A DNA stretch of 53,668 bases from IMG/VR virus record IMGVR_UViG_3300043778_000094, positions 1 through 53,668 of that record. The stretch is one strand, 5' to 3'. The DNA is from a virus (Duplodnaviria; Caudoviricetes). The translations under genes were made by a program, and so were the position numbers. Shown one piece after another: positions 28,348 to 38,092 of this stretch. The notes below the pieces were generated by a model. The model was given only the letters and a program-made list of their open reading frames with translations. It had not been told where the DNA came from and did not search any database. Numbering within the stretch: the stretch's first letter is position 1; the number at the start of each line of letters is the position of its first letter.

Positions 28348-30038
28348 GCCGCGGCCTCGGCGAGCTCGTGCAGCGGCTGCGCGACGCCGTCCTCGATCCA
28401 GTAGGACATGCCAAGCCCGTCCGCCTCGATGTCCGGGACCTGCTCCCGCCGCGAGAGCGTCATGCAGATGAGAGCCGGCAGCCCGGCTTCATCAAGCAGA
28501 TCGAACAAGCCTGAGCGGGTGGGACCGTCGAGGACATCGGCGGCGTCGAGCACCACCATCGCCGAGCCGTCGAGATGCGCCATCGCCACCTGCAGCACGG
28601 CGCGGACCCGATATTGCTCGCTGGTCGACAACAGCGCGTAGGGTCGCCCGCCATAGACGAATGTCATTTCGGCATCGACAGTGACCTGGTTCCAGCCCGC
28701 GGCGAGACTCAGCCGGCCGAGCTGCGCGGTGTTGAACAGTTCGAGGACGTGGCCGAGCTTTTTCGCTCGCAGCCCGTCGGGCGCCAGAATGTCGATCACC
28801 GCGTTGTTGGTCATGATCTTGTCGTGCAGATCGTCGGCGTCGCGCTTTTGCCGGAACCCGATCAGCCGCTGTTGGGCGGCATCAACCTCCGCCTTGGCGG
28901 CCTCGACATCGACTTCGGCCTCGGTCGGCGGCGGCATCTTGTCGAGACTGGTGCGGGCGAGTAGAGCGGTTTGCATACTAAAGCGGGCTTGGTCGACGGC
29001 GTGATCGGCCTCGCCCACCTGACCGGTCAACCGGCTGACATCGCCATCGGTTCTGGCAATCGCATCGCGGCGCTTTTTGAGTTCAGAAGCGGGCGGCGCC
29101 GCCTCAGCCGGTTCGAGCCGGGTTTCGGCGAGATTGACCCGGCGCAACACGACAAAGGCGCCGCAGTGCGGGCACGGCATGCCCGGATCGACAGTGCCCG
29201 GGGGCAGCGCGGCGCGCGCCTGTCGGGCGACGACAAGCTCGCCGGCGAGCCGTTCGGCAGTCGCCTCGGCCTGTTGCAAGGCGTCCTTGCGGGGTTCGAC
29301 AGCTGCTGCCTCGGCCGCGAGCCGAGTTCGCTCCGCGCCCGACACGGCGGCGGCGGCAATCGCCTTGTCGTGGTTCCCCTTGGCGAGCGCGAGTGCGGCG
29401 AGCAGATCGTTTTCCTTTGGCTCCTCAAATTCGAACTGCCAACCGGCCGGAACCCACGAGGCGCCGACGCGGTTGCCCCAGTTCGCCCCGGTGACCTGGC
29501 GCCAGGCGCCCTTGTATTCGGTGCCCTTTTCCTTGCGCAGCGTGTGCGCGCCATCCCAGCCCTGCGCCTCGATCAGTTTCCAGATGACGGCAACCGCGTC
29601 GTCGTCCATCTCCTCGTCGACGAGGGCGCGGGCGAGATCCTCGCGCGTCGGATCGGCGTGCAAGTATTTGCCGAGGGTTCGGGCGCGGTCTGCCGGCGCT
29701 TCAACAGCGATGCTCAAGAGCCCCGCGGCATAAACCGACGCCGCCGGCGGTTCGCCCTGCGCCGAAGGCTGACAGGCGGGCCAATCGATCCGCGCTGTTC
29801 CCGATTCCCCCTTGATCACGATGCGTGCTTCGTTGGCGCCGCTCTTGACCAGCAATCCGGCCGAGGCCTTCGCGAGACCGGCGAGCGGCAAGCCGGCGCC
29901 GCACAACACGGCACCCGTCGCCTGCGCCAGACTCGACTTGCCGGCGGCGTTCCTGCCCGCGACGAGGGCGATCGGCGCGCATTCGATATCGGCGCGCTCG
30001 CAACCGCGGAAATTGCGCAGCGCGATTTCGATGTTCAT
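28344..30038 (-). CDS. Rad50/SbcC-like ATPase
   Basis: Walker A GRNAAGKSS, coiled coils with central CPHC zinc hook, signature LSTSEQ, Walker B VVLDAAD. Confidence 0.85.
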   Translation of the reverse strand: MNIEIALRNFRGCERADIECAPIALVAGRNAAGKSSLAQATGAVLCGAGLPLAGLAKASAGLLVKSGANEARIVIKGESGTARIDWPACQPSAQGEPPAASVYAAGLLSIAVEAPADRARTLGKYLHADPTREDLARALVDEEMDDDAVAVIWKLIEAQGWDGAHTLRKEKGTEYKGAWRQVTGANWGNRVGASWVPAGWQFEFEEPKENDLLAALALAKGNHDKAIAAAAVSGAERTRLAAEAAAVEPRKDALQQAEATAERLAGELVVARQARAALPPGTVDPGMPCPHCGAFVVLRRVNLAETRLEPAEAAPPASELKKRRDAIARTDGDVSRLTGQVGEADHAVDQARFSMQTALLARTSLDKMPPPTEAEVDVEAAKAEVDAAQQRLIGFRQKRDADDLHDKIMTNNAVIDILAPDGLRAKKLGHVLELFNTAQLGRLSLAAGWNQVTVDAEMTFVYGGRPYALLSTSEQYRVRAVLQVAMAHLDGSAMVVLDAADVLDGPTRSGLFDLLDEAGLPALICMTLSRREQVPDIEADGLGMSYWIEDGVAQPLHELAEAAA

Positions 30039-30044
30039 CGCCGA

Positions 30045-30644
30045 TCAATCCAGCATGAGGTAGAGCGCGTTTTCGTAATCGCCCGGGGGCCGTTTCATCA
30101 TGCGAAAGCGCTGCGGCGGCTGACCGTGGCGGTAAATCGACCCGTGCTTGTCGTCATAGATGACGCGGATTTCCGGCAGCTGACTGAACAGCCGATCGAG
30201 CAGCTGGCGCAGCCGCTTGTGGTGGACCTTTGCGCTGTTGACGACGACAACCGCATAAAACCCGAAGTCTGGCGCGACATAGAACGTCACCGAGGCGCCG
30301 ACGCGATCGGGCCGGAAGCGCGCATCGAAATTGCCGAGCAACCAGCCGCAGGCATATTCCTGGCATGGTTTGGGGCGGTTTGGGTAAATCCCGCAGCCCT
30401 TTCCGGCAACATGCCGACACCGGGTCATCGGCAGCTTTTGCAATTCGTTAATGCCGAGGACGGTGCAGCAAAAGGTGCACTCGCCGCAACCTTCGCGCCG
30501 CGGCGACGCGCGCACCAGAAGCCGGTCCTTACCTTCGCCGATTTGGACGGTCGTCGACTCGTCGATCGACGCGATCGTCCGGCCGATCTCGAAACGATCG
30601 GGGTCGATTTCGAGACGCTCGATTTCTTCCATCTTTCGCCTCAC
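30045..30644 (-). CDS. CxxCxxCC (YkgJ-like) cysteine-cluster protein
   Basis: CGECTFCC..CRH..CGIYPNRPKPC..YAC.W; start uncertain. Confidence 0.8.
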   Translation of the reverse strand: MRRKMEEIERLEIDPDRFEIGRTIASIDESTTVQIGEGKDRLLVRASPRREGCGECTFCCTVLGINELQKLPMTRCRHVAGKGCGIYPNRPKPCQEYACGWLLGNFDARFRPDRVGASVTFYVAPDFGFYAVVVVNSAKVHHKRLRQLLDRLFSQLPEIRVIYDDKHGSIYRHGQPPQRFRMMKRPPGDYENALYLMLD

Positions 30645-31744
30645 GCCTCGAAATTGACCCGGCGCCGTTGCGCGGGTTGTGCCGTCTGTTGCGCCGGCTG
30701 ACCACCTGGTGGCGCCCGTTCCCCGCCGGGTTGCGGCGGCGCGCCCTCGGAAGGTTGCTGCCCGACTGCTGCATCTTCCCGAGGACGATCAGCCGGCTCC
30801 TCCGGCCGATTGGGGGCCGCTGCGGCGGTGGTTTGCGCCGGGGCTACGGTTGCCGCCCGCCGGCGATTTGCGCTTTCAGCGGGCGCCGCTGCGGCCGGCG
30901 CGGGCGTTCTCGCCGCCTCGGTGGACTCTTGCGCGACCTCGAGGCCGAGCGCCCGTGCCGCCTCGACAAAGGCTGGCAACCGCCCCTCGCGGGCGGCGTC
31001 GCCGAGCCCGGCGATTTGGTCGAGGGTCAGATGATCGATAGCCTGGCGGTCGAGGGCGATGGCCCTTTGCGCCGCGAATTGCAGCACGTTGGCGCGCTTC
31101 TGGTCGATCACCGACTCGGTGATGACCTCTTCCTTTTTTAGCCGCAGCATTTCGAGCTTCCAGCGGATCGCGATGTCCTGCGGGATGAGGGCGAGGACGG
31201 CATTGCGATAGGCTTTCGATTGCGCGATCGTCGCGTAATGCGGCCGCTCGAACTGCCCGCCGCCTTGGCGTTCCCCATACCGCAATTCGCGCCGCTCGGA
31301 CTGGAGACTGTTCCCCGTTTTGACGTCGATTACTTCGCAGATAGCCGAATAAAAATCGTCTTCGTTCTCGAGCTCCGGGACGACCGAGCACGAGACCGTC
31401 ATCGGCATGTTCTCGGCCGGATAACTGGTAAAGATGAAGAGTGCTCCCGTCTTTTGCGTCGCGGCCACGAGACGATGCTTTAGACCCTTGTAGTGGTTCG
31501 CCAAGTGGCGGGCGCCGACGACGCTGATCCCGGTCGCGGGCTCGCGCTGGCCGGCGATGTCGAAACTGTAAACGAATTTCGATGAGCCCGGCCCGTGCAG
31601 GACCTCGTCGGCGATCAGCGCGTTGTCGCGCTCCTCCATCACGTGCCAGGCGTCAATGTCAAATCCGCCGGTCATCGTGCGGACGGCGTCGAGCGTAGCG
31701 ACCTGGCGCGGGGCGACGAGTTGCGGGCGGGTGGTCTGAGCCAT
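30641..31744 (-). CDS. Putative single-strand annealing/recombination protein
   Basis: AQSKAYRNAVLALIP helix and low-complexity C-terminal tail; recombination-operon context. Confidence 0.5.
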   Translation of the reverse strand: MAQTTRPQLVAPRQVATLDAVRTMTGGFDIDAWHVMEERDNALIADEVLHGPGSSKFVYSFDIAGQREPATGISVVGARHLANHYKGLKHRLVAATQKTGALFIFTSYPAENMPMTVSCSVVPELENEDDFYSAICEVIDVKTGNSLQSERRELRYGERQGGGQFERPHYATIAQSKAYRNAVLALIPQDIAIRWKLEMLRLKKEEVITESVIDQKRANVLQFAAQRAIALDRQAIDHLTLDQIAGLGDAAREGRLPAFVEAARALGLEVAQESTEAARTPAPAAAAPAESANRRRAATVAPAQTTAAAAPNRPEEPADRPREDAAVGQQPSEGAPPQPGGERAPPGGQPAQQTAQPAQRRRVNFEA

Positions 31745-31821
31745 CTACTTCCTCGCTATGCGGGGTTGCGGCGGATCGTGTTCTTCGCGGTGTCCGCCTT
31801 CGGGGAAGGGACGCCTATCAA

Positions 31822-32529
31822 CTAACGCGGATGCGTCTGAAAGTAATTCTGCACCCATCCGTTCAATTCGGGTTGCGTAAGCGGAGGCTTGCCGTAGCGC
31901 AAACACACTTGATCCACGTTATCGTGATAGCGGTCCAATTCCCTTTGAATTTTAGTCGGCGACAGAAACGGCAATCGTTTGAATTTCAGGTAAACAGCGA
32001 ATGCCCGGCGGAAGCGATAGAACCACGCCGGCGGCGGCTTTGCTGGTGCGGGCCTCGGGGCCTGCATCACAATCGCCGGTACCGACATTTTTTCCGAAAT
32101 CGGCCGCAGCGGCGGGACCGGGATGATGGTTTTCGTTGGCGGCGGCAGGTCGCGCAGTGCTGGCGCCGCCTCGCAGGCGAGGCAAGCGACCGAATGATGT
32201 GCCGCCCAGGTTGCTTTGATGACCGGACCGCCGCAATCGCCGCACACTTGGTCGGCGACATAGCGCAAACGAGCGTGGTCGCTCCATTTACGTTTGCAAG
32301 GGTCCCCGTCGCTCTCGATGCCGATCGTCCCCACAGTGCTGAGAAAATATTCCCAGCGCGCGACACTGTTGACCGGCATTTCGGTGCGCGTGCGGCTGCG
32401 CCCCGGGTGCATCACATAACGCATCGCGTAATGCAGCGGGATTTGCTGCTCGACCGCTTCGAACAACTCGCCCAGTTTGTGCCATTGGCGATCGCGCAAT
32501 CGGGCGAAGACTTCGGCTTGCCACCCCAT
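31822..32529 (-). CDS. Hypothetical protein with CxxC/CxxC zinc ribbon
   Basis: CGDC..CLAC; TAATG-coupled to the upstream gene. Confidence 0.65.
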   Translation of the reverse strand: MGWQAEVFARLRDRQWHKLGELFEAVEQQIPLHYAMRYVMHPGRSRTRTEMPVNSVARWEYFLSTVGTIGIESDGDPCKRKWSDHARLRYVADQVCGDCGGPVIKATWAAHHSVACLACEAAPALRDLPPPTKTIIPVPPLRPISEKMSVPAIVMQAPRPAPAKPPPAWFYRFRRAFAVYLKFKRLPFLSPTKIQRELDRYHDNVDQVCLRYGKPPLTQPELNGWVQNYFQTHPR

Positions 32530-33548
32530 TAGACGTGCAATTCCACGCCGCCGACGCCGCGGCGCAGACTCGGCGGCGTTTCCAGACGTTTGATGCGGTC
32601 GAGCTCGGCGATAACCCGTTTCAGCAGGTCAATGGTGCCGTCGCATAAGACGCGCGCCAGATCCTGCCGCGAATAGGCCGACAGATACAATTGTTCAATG
32701 CCCTTGTCGGCCAGGTTATTGAGAGTGCGAATTGTCGCGAAGAATTTGGTCGCTGGCGCCGGTGAGATGCGACCGTGTTTGGCTTGGACCTGCATCTTGC
32801 GCGTCGCCGCGGTTTGCGTCGCCCGCTCTACCGTCGCCAAACCAGAGGCTTCATCGCGGGTTTTCTTGACCTCTTTGCAAAGCTCATCGACTTCGGCGGT
32901 TGAAGCACCAGCCAAGACGGCGAATTGTGCTGCTTTGCCAAACACAACATCGTTTTGAATGCCCTGCAATGCCAAGACGCTCGACCGCGACAGCTTCGCT
33001 TTGGCAAAATCAAAACCAAAGCGCCGCCCGCGTATCATGGCTTGCTGTTCCGTCCAGCCGGTTTTGACCTGTCCTTCCTTCAGGTTCCATTCTTTCGCAA
33101 GTTGCTTCAGCGAGCGATCAGGATAGGTCTCATGCAACTGTAAGACCTGCAGAACGCGATCGCGGATCGACACCCCCTGGCCTTCAATTGTGTTCAGACG
33201 GCGGATCAACGATTCCCGGCGATAAACATCACCCTCGGTTACGACATAAGCATCGCAATCCGTGCGATTGGCTAATTTCGCCGCCTCGGTGCGGTGCACC
33301 CCAGTCGCGATCAGATATTGCGCGGGGGGGATGCCGTCATGGGTCAACAGCACAATGGCCGGGAATTCGGTCCCTTCCTCCATTGCCAGCGCGTAACTGA
33401 TCGCTCGATCTTCATCGACGCGGCGCAACAATCGTGCCGGGTTTTCATAGGACGCCTTGAGATCGATTTCCGAGAAATCAACGTGCGGGTGATATTCGTA
33501 GCGGTAGCCGCCCTGCTCGAGGAATTGTTCCGTCTTTTGATCTTTCAT
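32529..33548 (-). CDS. ParB/Srx-like N-terminal domain protein
   Basis: YALAM..G.EFPAIVL..LIATGVHRTEAA, followed by an HTH-like SLKQLAKEW segment. Confidence 0.65.
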   Translation of the reverse strand: MKDQKTEQFLEQGGYRYEYHPHVDFSEIDLKASYENPARLLRRVDEDRAISYALAMEEGTEFPAIVLLTHDGIPPAQYLIATGVHRTEAAKLANRTDCDAYVVTEGDVYRRESLIRRLNTIEGQGVSIRDRVLQVLQLHETYPDRSLKQLAKEWNLKEGQVKTGWTEQQAMIRGRRFGFDFAKAKLSRSSVLALQGIQNDVVFGKAAQFAVLAGASTAEVDELCKEVKKTRDEASGLATVERATQTAATRKMQVQAKHGRISPAPATKFFATIRTLNNLADKGIEQLYLSAYSRQDLARVLCDGTIDLLKRVIAELDRIKRLETPPSLRRGVGGVELHV

Positions 33549-34411
33549 CCCACCCCATTCCTTTCTTTTGCCGGGTCTCCCTCGCGGCAGAATTCAGTGC
33601 CGAAGGCCGGGCAGTATTTCGGGCTGCACAAGATCGAGCTGGGGTTCGCCTGGAACGCCCACGGGTCGCCGGGCAGGATCCGGCGCACCGGGTCGCCGTT
33701 GCGGAACGTCGCGAGGTCGCCCTCGATATGACGCAGGATGTTGATCGCCGCCGTCTCGGCCTGGGCGACCGCGACCGGTTTCGATATCGGGTCGGGCTGC
33801 GGCTTGCCGATGGCGACGCGCTTGATGTTGTCGACCGCCGCTTCCTGAATGTCGAGGCCGTGACTACGGGCCAACAGCGAATAGCCGCCGATTTGTGGCG
33901 CGTGACTGCCGCCGTCACGGAGCGAAGTTTTCAAATCGCGCACGCGATGTGGCTCGCGCGCCACGACGTCTGGCTGGCCCGACAAGATCAGACCGGGTGC
34001 CACTTCGGCCTCTAGCCGTTCCTCGACGATGATCGGTTCGACCTCGGGCGCCACCACGCGGTAATAGGCCCGTGCCATCCCGACCGCGGTAACCTCGCCT
34101 TCGACCCGGTTCGCGGTCGTGCGATCGAATTCGACGCCTTCGCGCATGCTCTCGGCGAGCGTCTCGGCGGCGCAGTCCGCGGCAATCGTCGACGGCGGCA
34201 GACTTCCGGTTTCGGCCTTCTCTTTGAGGATGACCTCGGCCGCCTTGTGCACTGCCGAGCCGATCGCGGCGCCGATGCCGCGCGGCGTCGAGCGCAACCG
34301 GAAGCCCATCGTCGAGATTTCGCGCCAGAACAGTCGCGCCGCGCCGCGCCGGTTGCAATCCGGGTATCCCGTTAGGGCGCTACAGCGAATGATGGTTGCG
34401 AGCCCGGTCAT
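33545..34411 (-). CDS. PD-(D/E)XK exonuclease, Cas4/RecB-like
   Basis: N-terminal Cys, GSAVH, LSGQPDVV..DLKT, Q..GY and C-terminal CSPKYCP..C. Confidence 0.85.
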   Translation of the reverse strand: MTGLATIIRCSALTGYPDCNRRGAARLFWREISTMGFRLRSTPRGIGAAIGSAVHKAAEVILKEKAETGSLPPSTIAADCAAETLAESMREGVEFDRTTANRVEGEVTAVGMARAYYRVVAPEVEPIIVEERLEAEVAPGLILSGQPDVVAREPHRVRDLKTSLRDGGSHAPQIGGYSLLARSHGLDIQEAAVDNIKRVAIGKPQPDPISKPVAVAQAETAAINILRHIEGDLATFRNGDPVRRILPGDPWAFQANPSSILCSPKYCPAFGTEFCREGDPAKERNGVG

Positions 34412-34893
34412 CGAAGCTCACCCCAAGTCCGCGCAAACGCTTTTCCGTCTTCATACGGACGATCCCAATCTTCGGGATAATCCATAGTCGCGAAATACGG
34501 CCCTTGCGGCAACAAACAATCGAATTTGTAACACAGCAACAAATACCCTGCGGCAACTATCCTAACGCCAAGATCGGGATGCAACATGGCGAGAATGCGC
34601 AAGCGCTCGGGCAAGTGCCTTGCATTCCCCATGATTGCAGCGACGAATCTTATCACATTGGTTAGTAGAATTTCGGCTTCACGCAATGCCCAAGCGGAAA
34701 AAGGCGGATATGGCAATTCGAACATTCTGCCTTCGGGGCACGGATTAAATCTGAAGCCGGCGATATAACGCTCAAGAGGCGACAAATTCTCTTCGCCAGC
34801 CCACATTTTCATCAAGCCACTGCCGACAAATGCCCGCGGATAATATTTTTCGGAGTAAAGTGGCCCCTGCTTATAAGCGGCCTCGTAATTCAT
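34408..34893 (-). CDS. Hypothetical protein
   Basis: ATGA-coupled on both sides; visibly lower GC. Confidence 0.6.
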   Translation of the reverse strand: MNYEAAYKQGPLYSEKYYPRAFVGSGLMKMWAGEENLSPLERYIAGFRFNPCPEGRMFELPYPPFSAWALREAEILLTNVIRFVAAIMGNARHLPERLRILAMLHPDLGVRIVAAGYLLLCYKFDCLLPQGPYFATMDYPEDWDRPYEDGKAFARTWGELR

Positions 34894-35144
34894 TGCGGCC
34901 GCCGCGTGTACCGGTTCGGCAGGAACTCGCGCGCTTCGGGCGGGTCGGGCGGACCCTTCGATCCCATGCCATCGACCACTGCCTGCAGGATCTTCGACCA
35001 GCCGATGTCGCTAAGAATGCACTGGACTTCGATCCGTTGCTGATCGCCCGCCTTGAAGGTCACCACCTGACCCGCAACGAGGCGGCGGAATTGCGCCTCG
35101 TCGAGGGCGATGCGCATCGCGTTGTGACGCCGGGGGTCGACCAT
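34890..35144 (-). CDS. Hypothetical protein, first gene of the leftward operon
   Basis: 84 aa ORF downstream of the predicted PL promoter. Confidence 0.6.
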   Translation of the reverse strand: MVDPRRHNAMRIALDEAQFRRLVAGQVVTFKAGDQQRIEVQCILSDIGWSKILQAVVDGMGSKGPPDPPEAREFLPNRYTRRPQ

Positions 35145-35177
35145 GTGATCCCGCCTTAAATCGACTGATCGGCCGCG

Positions 35178-35206
35178 ATCGTCTCGAAAGCTTTCTAATT
35201 TGTCAA
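35178..35206 (-). promoter_or_regulatory. Putative leftward early promoter
   Basis: TTGACA (35206-35201), N17, GACGAT. Confidence 0.5.
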
Positions 35207-35311
35207 GAGACCCTCCGAACCGGGATTGTCGATTCGCAACGGGGTGATTAACCTTGTCGAGCGGGGGGATCGCGTTTCCTGACGCACGTCTAAAAAAGGA
35301 CGGTTAAACTC

Positions 35312-35980
35312 ATGATTGAACAGGATCAGGAACAACAGGCTATCGCCCGGATGCTCGACTGGATGACGGCCGAGGGAGAAAACTATCGCGTCAATTCGAA
35401 GCGAGAACGCCCGTGGCGGATCACGCGCACATTGCTGCTAACGGTCGCGGCGCCGCTGGCGCTTGCCGCCGTCGCCTTTTACGTGATCGATCTGTCGCCG
35501 CCATTTCGACCCGATCTGCCGAGCCTGTGGGCGGATTTGTTTGCCTTGTCGATCGCCTGTTTTCTCGGTGGCGTTGTCGGCGGCAGTGTCGCCTTGGCGG
35601 CCATCTGTGTCGGCACCGCCTACCTCTTATGGATCGCTTCGGCAACGGATTTGGATGCGTGGATTTGGTTTACGGTGCGGCTGCTCGCTTATGCGAGCGT
35701 GCTCGTCGTGCTCTATTTCAGGGCACCTTCGGCAGATCCGCTGTTGCCGGGCCTTGGCCCTCCCAGGCGCGGATCAGCATTTCTTCGTAAGCTGTTAAGG
35801 TGGCGTCATCGATGGGTCGACCGTCTCGTTGGCGGGCCGCCAGGGCATCATAGATATAGGCATGAGCCTCGACCAGGCGTTCGCGGATATGAGTGCCGCG
35901 CGGCAGGCGTTCGATCACTCGCTCGGCGGCAGCAAATGCCCTTTGCGACAATTCGAGGTCGATACGGCCCAGCACGTTAA
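35312..35980 (+). CDS. Membrane protein (about 4 TM); C-terminus overlaps the repressor antisense
   Basis: AAGGA SD; hydrophobic segments within residues ~40-136. Confidence 0.55.
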   Translation: MIEQDQEQQAIARMLDWMTAEGENYRVNSKRERPWRITRTLLLTVAAPLALAAVAFYVIDLSPPFRPDLPSLWADLFALSIACFLGGVVGGSVALAAICVGTAYLLWIASATDLDAWIWFTVRLLAYASVLVVLYFRAPSADPLLPGLGPPRRGSAFLRKLLRWRHRWVDRLVGGPPGHHRYRHEPRPGVRGYECRAAGVRSLARRQQMPFATIRGRYGPAR

Positions 35981-36179
35981 ATCCCATCACTTCGGCGAGG
36001 CTCCATCCGAAGGCCGTCGCAATTCTTTCCAAGGTGTCGATGCGCCGCCCGGAAGCTGGCAGCTTGTCGAGGGTGTCGTGACCGATGCCAGACTCGGCGA
36101 GCAATACACGCAAGGGTTTGCCGAGTTCGGCCGCGCGCGCCACAAGACGGGCCTTTAAGGCCTCTTCTGACCAAGCCAT
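35718..36179 (-). CDS. CI-like repressor (XRE HTH)
   Basis: LRVLLAESGIGHDTL..RRIDTLERIATAFGWSLAEVMG; divergent from a cro-like gene. Confidence 0.75.
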   Translation of the reverse strand: MAWSEEALKARLVARAAELGKPLRVLLAESGIGHDTLDKLPASGRRIDTLERIATAFGWSLAEVMGFNVLGRIDLELSQRAFAAAERVIERLPRGTHIRERLVEAHAYIYDALAARQRDGRPIDDATLTAYEEMLIRAWEGQGPATADLPKVP

Positions 36180-36311
36180 AATCCGATTTCCCCGGAGCCT
36201 CTGTTAACCACGCAATCGCTGATTGTCGCCCTTCGTGTTGCGACTAGGTATCATAACTATCGAATATTTTCTAGTCTTGTGTGGCCAAAGCGGGCGACCG
36301 CCTGAGGGTTC

Positions 36312-36356
36312 GCGAGGGGCTTGACGCCGCCTAAAGCCCTCGCATAGCCTCTGCGA
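36312..36356 (+). promoter_or_regulatory. Putative PR promoter with operator-like inverted repeat
   Basis: TTGACG at 36321; GCGAGGG (36312) / CCCTCGC (36337) inverted pair; predicted start site near the ATG at 36357. Confidence 0.45.
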
Positions 36357-36638
36357 ATGTATTCGACGGCAGAGCTGATTATCCTGGCCAAGGCCTATCT
36401 GGCTTGGAGTGACATCGCCGAATCCACTCTCAGCATCCACGCGGTCGGCAACGACAAGATGTTTACCCGCCTTTTCGCCGGGCTCGACTGTACCGCGCGA
36501 TCGGCCGAGCGCGCCTCGATGTGGTTCGACACCCATTGGCCACTCGGGCTCGCCTGGCCCGCTGAGGTTGAGGCCCGCCGGCGCCAGCCGCGCGCGCGCA
36601 AGAAGCGGGAATTCGCCGGGACTTCCATCCCTAGATGA
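36357..36638 (+). CDS. Cro-like regulator
   Basis: AESTLSIHAVGNDKMFTRL..G..T...WF..HWP..LAWP, typical of alphaproteobacterial Cro-position proteins. Confidence 0.7.
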   Translation: MYSTAELIILAKAYLAWSDIAESTLSIHAVGNDKMFTRLFAGLDCTARSAERASMWFDTHWPLGLAWPAEVEARRRQPRARKKREFAGTSIPR

Positions 36639-36786
36639 CGACGCCCCCGGCTGGGGAAAGCCGGGGGCTGGGGACGAAGCCAATCATGCCCTTTGGGGGG
36701 ATATCGACCATGATCAGCCATCGCCAGAAATGGGAATTATTCAAGAACATTAAAGAACCCCTGCCCCTTTCGAGGGGATAGACGCG

Positions 36787-37656
36787 ATGGCCAAAAACCC
36801 GTCCTCGGTCTGGTATTGGAATGACTGGCTGCTCGACCCGGGCGTGCGCATGTGCTCGATGGCAGCGCGCGGCTTCTGGCTCGAAATGTTGGCGATCGCC
36901 GCGGCCGCGACACCTTACGGCCACGTCGTCATCAACGGCGCCCCGTGTTCGATTTGCGATCTCGCGACCGCCACTAACCAGCGCAAGCAGGATGTCTCCC
37001 GCTGGATCCGCGAACTTGAAAAGCGCGGGGTCTTTTCGCGCACCGAGGACGGGACGATTTTCTGTCGGCGGATGGTCCGCGAGGCCGAGGCGCGACGCGA
37101 AAAAGCGTCCCATCGCGGTAAAGCGAGACCCCCCAAAGTCGCGCACCCCCAACGCGATACTAACCAACCGGATTTGCTGGATAATTCGTCACCGAAAACC
37201 GAAAAATTCACGGACTCAGACTCAGACAGCGTAGCTGTCTCCCAGGATTCTCCCTCTACTTCTGAACCTCTTCCTGAGTCCCTTGACGCTCCGCGCGCGA
37301 GAGAAGGGGAAAGCGAAAAGCACGGAAAAGGGAATCCTGAAGAGGGTCGCTGCGCTCCCCTTGAAGAACAAAAGGAGACAAGCCCAGGTCGGAACGGGTC
37401 TGATACCCGTTCTCCAGCACGCGCAGGGAAACCGCCAGCGCTGAAGGCCAAGATCCGCGCGCAGCTTCAGCAGAAGCACGCCCGCTACCTGCAGGCCCGA
37501 CGACGACCGGACGAACTGGCGGCCTATTGGGCCGCGATGGTCGATGACGATCCGGCCGTGGCGCAGCGGGCCTTCGACGACACCGACCGCCGAATGCGCG
37601 GCGCCGGCTGGGACGACATGCGCGCGTGGAAACTCCAACAGGGGATCGGCGCGTGA
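36787..37656 (+). CDS. Replication initiator-like protein
   Basis: WYWNDWLLDPGVRMCSMAARGFWLEML..ELEKRGVFSR..G.I.CRRMVR N-terminal domain. Confidence 0.75.
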   Translation: MAKNPSSVWYWNDWLLDPGVRMCSMAARGFWLEMLAIAAAATPYGHVVINGAPCSICDLATATNQRKQDVSRWIRELEKRGVFSRTEDGTIFCRRMVREAEARREKASHRGKARPPKVAHPQRDTNQPDLLDNSSPKTEKFTDSDSDSVAVSQDSPSTSEPLPESLDAPRAREGESEKHGKGNPEEGRCAPLEEQKETSPGRNGSDTRSPARAGKPPALKAKIRAQLQQKHARYLQARRRPDELAAYWAAMVDDDPAVAQRAFDDTDRRMRGAGWDDMRAWKLQQGIGA

Positions 37657-38092
37657 TTACCGCGGCCGATGTTGCCGCCGCTGCCTCCGAAGTGGTGGCG
37701 TCAAGCCAACTTGATACGTTTGGCACGCTGCTGCGCCTGCGCTGGTCGTCGCAACCGTGGACCTGCGAGCTCCCATGTCGGCCGGCCGGCACCGGAGGAA
37801 TACTGCGCTTCGCGGAGGACCTTAGTAGCAACCAATGTCCGCAGCGCGCGGCGTGTGGCGACGAGGTGAACCTTAGTCACTTCATCGAGCCTGCATTGGT
37901 AAACCCGCGACGCCAGTTCGGGCACGCTCAACAGAGGCGTGCGGGTCAAAGCGATAACAATCCCACGTTGTACGACACCCCGACCGCGCGACATTCAACT
38001 TACCCCTTAAGAGTTTTTAAGCGTTTCCAACTCCGCGTCCGAAACGGGAACGGCGAAACACTTAGAAACACTTAAACACAGCGGAGGCGACG

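Noticed and set aside
28971-30701. Long antisense and alternate-frame ORFs (this one, 907-1998, 17337-18845, 47620-48840 and others)
   Set aside because: They are shadows of well-supported genes in high-GC DNA and show no motifs.
33545-34411. Cas4-like gene as part of a CRISPR system
   Set aside because: It stands alone in a recombination operon with no array or other cas genes.
37701-37994. Minus-strand 97-aa ORF after the replication gene
   Set aside because: No clear SD or motif, and competing ORFs exist on the + strand; left uncalled.
38007-38076. CtrA boxes upstream of the gene at 38093
   Set aside because: The TTAA pair is spaced by 6 nt rather than the canonical 7; the AAACACTTA repeats are too short to interpret.
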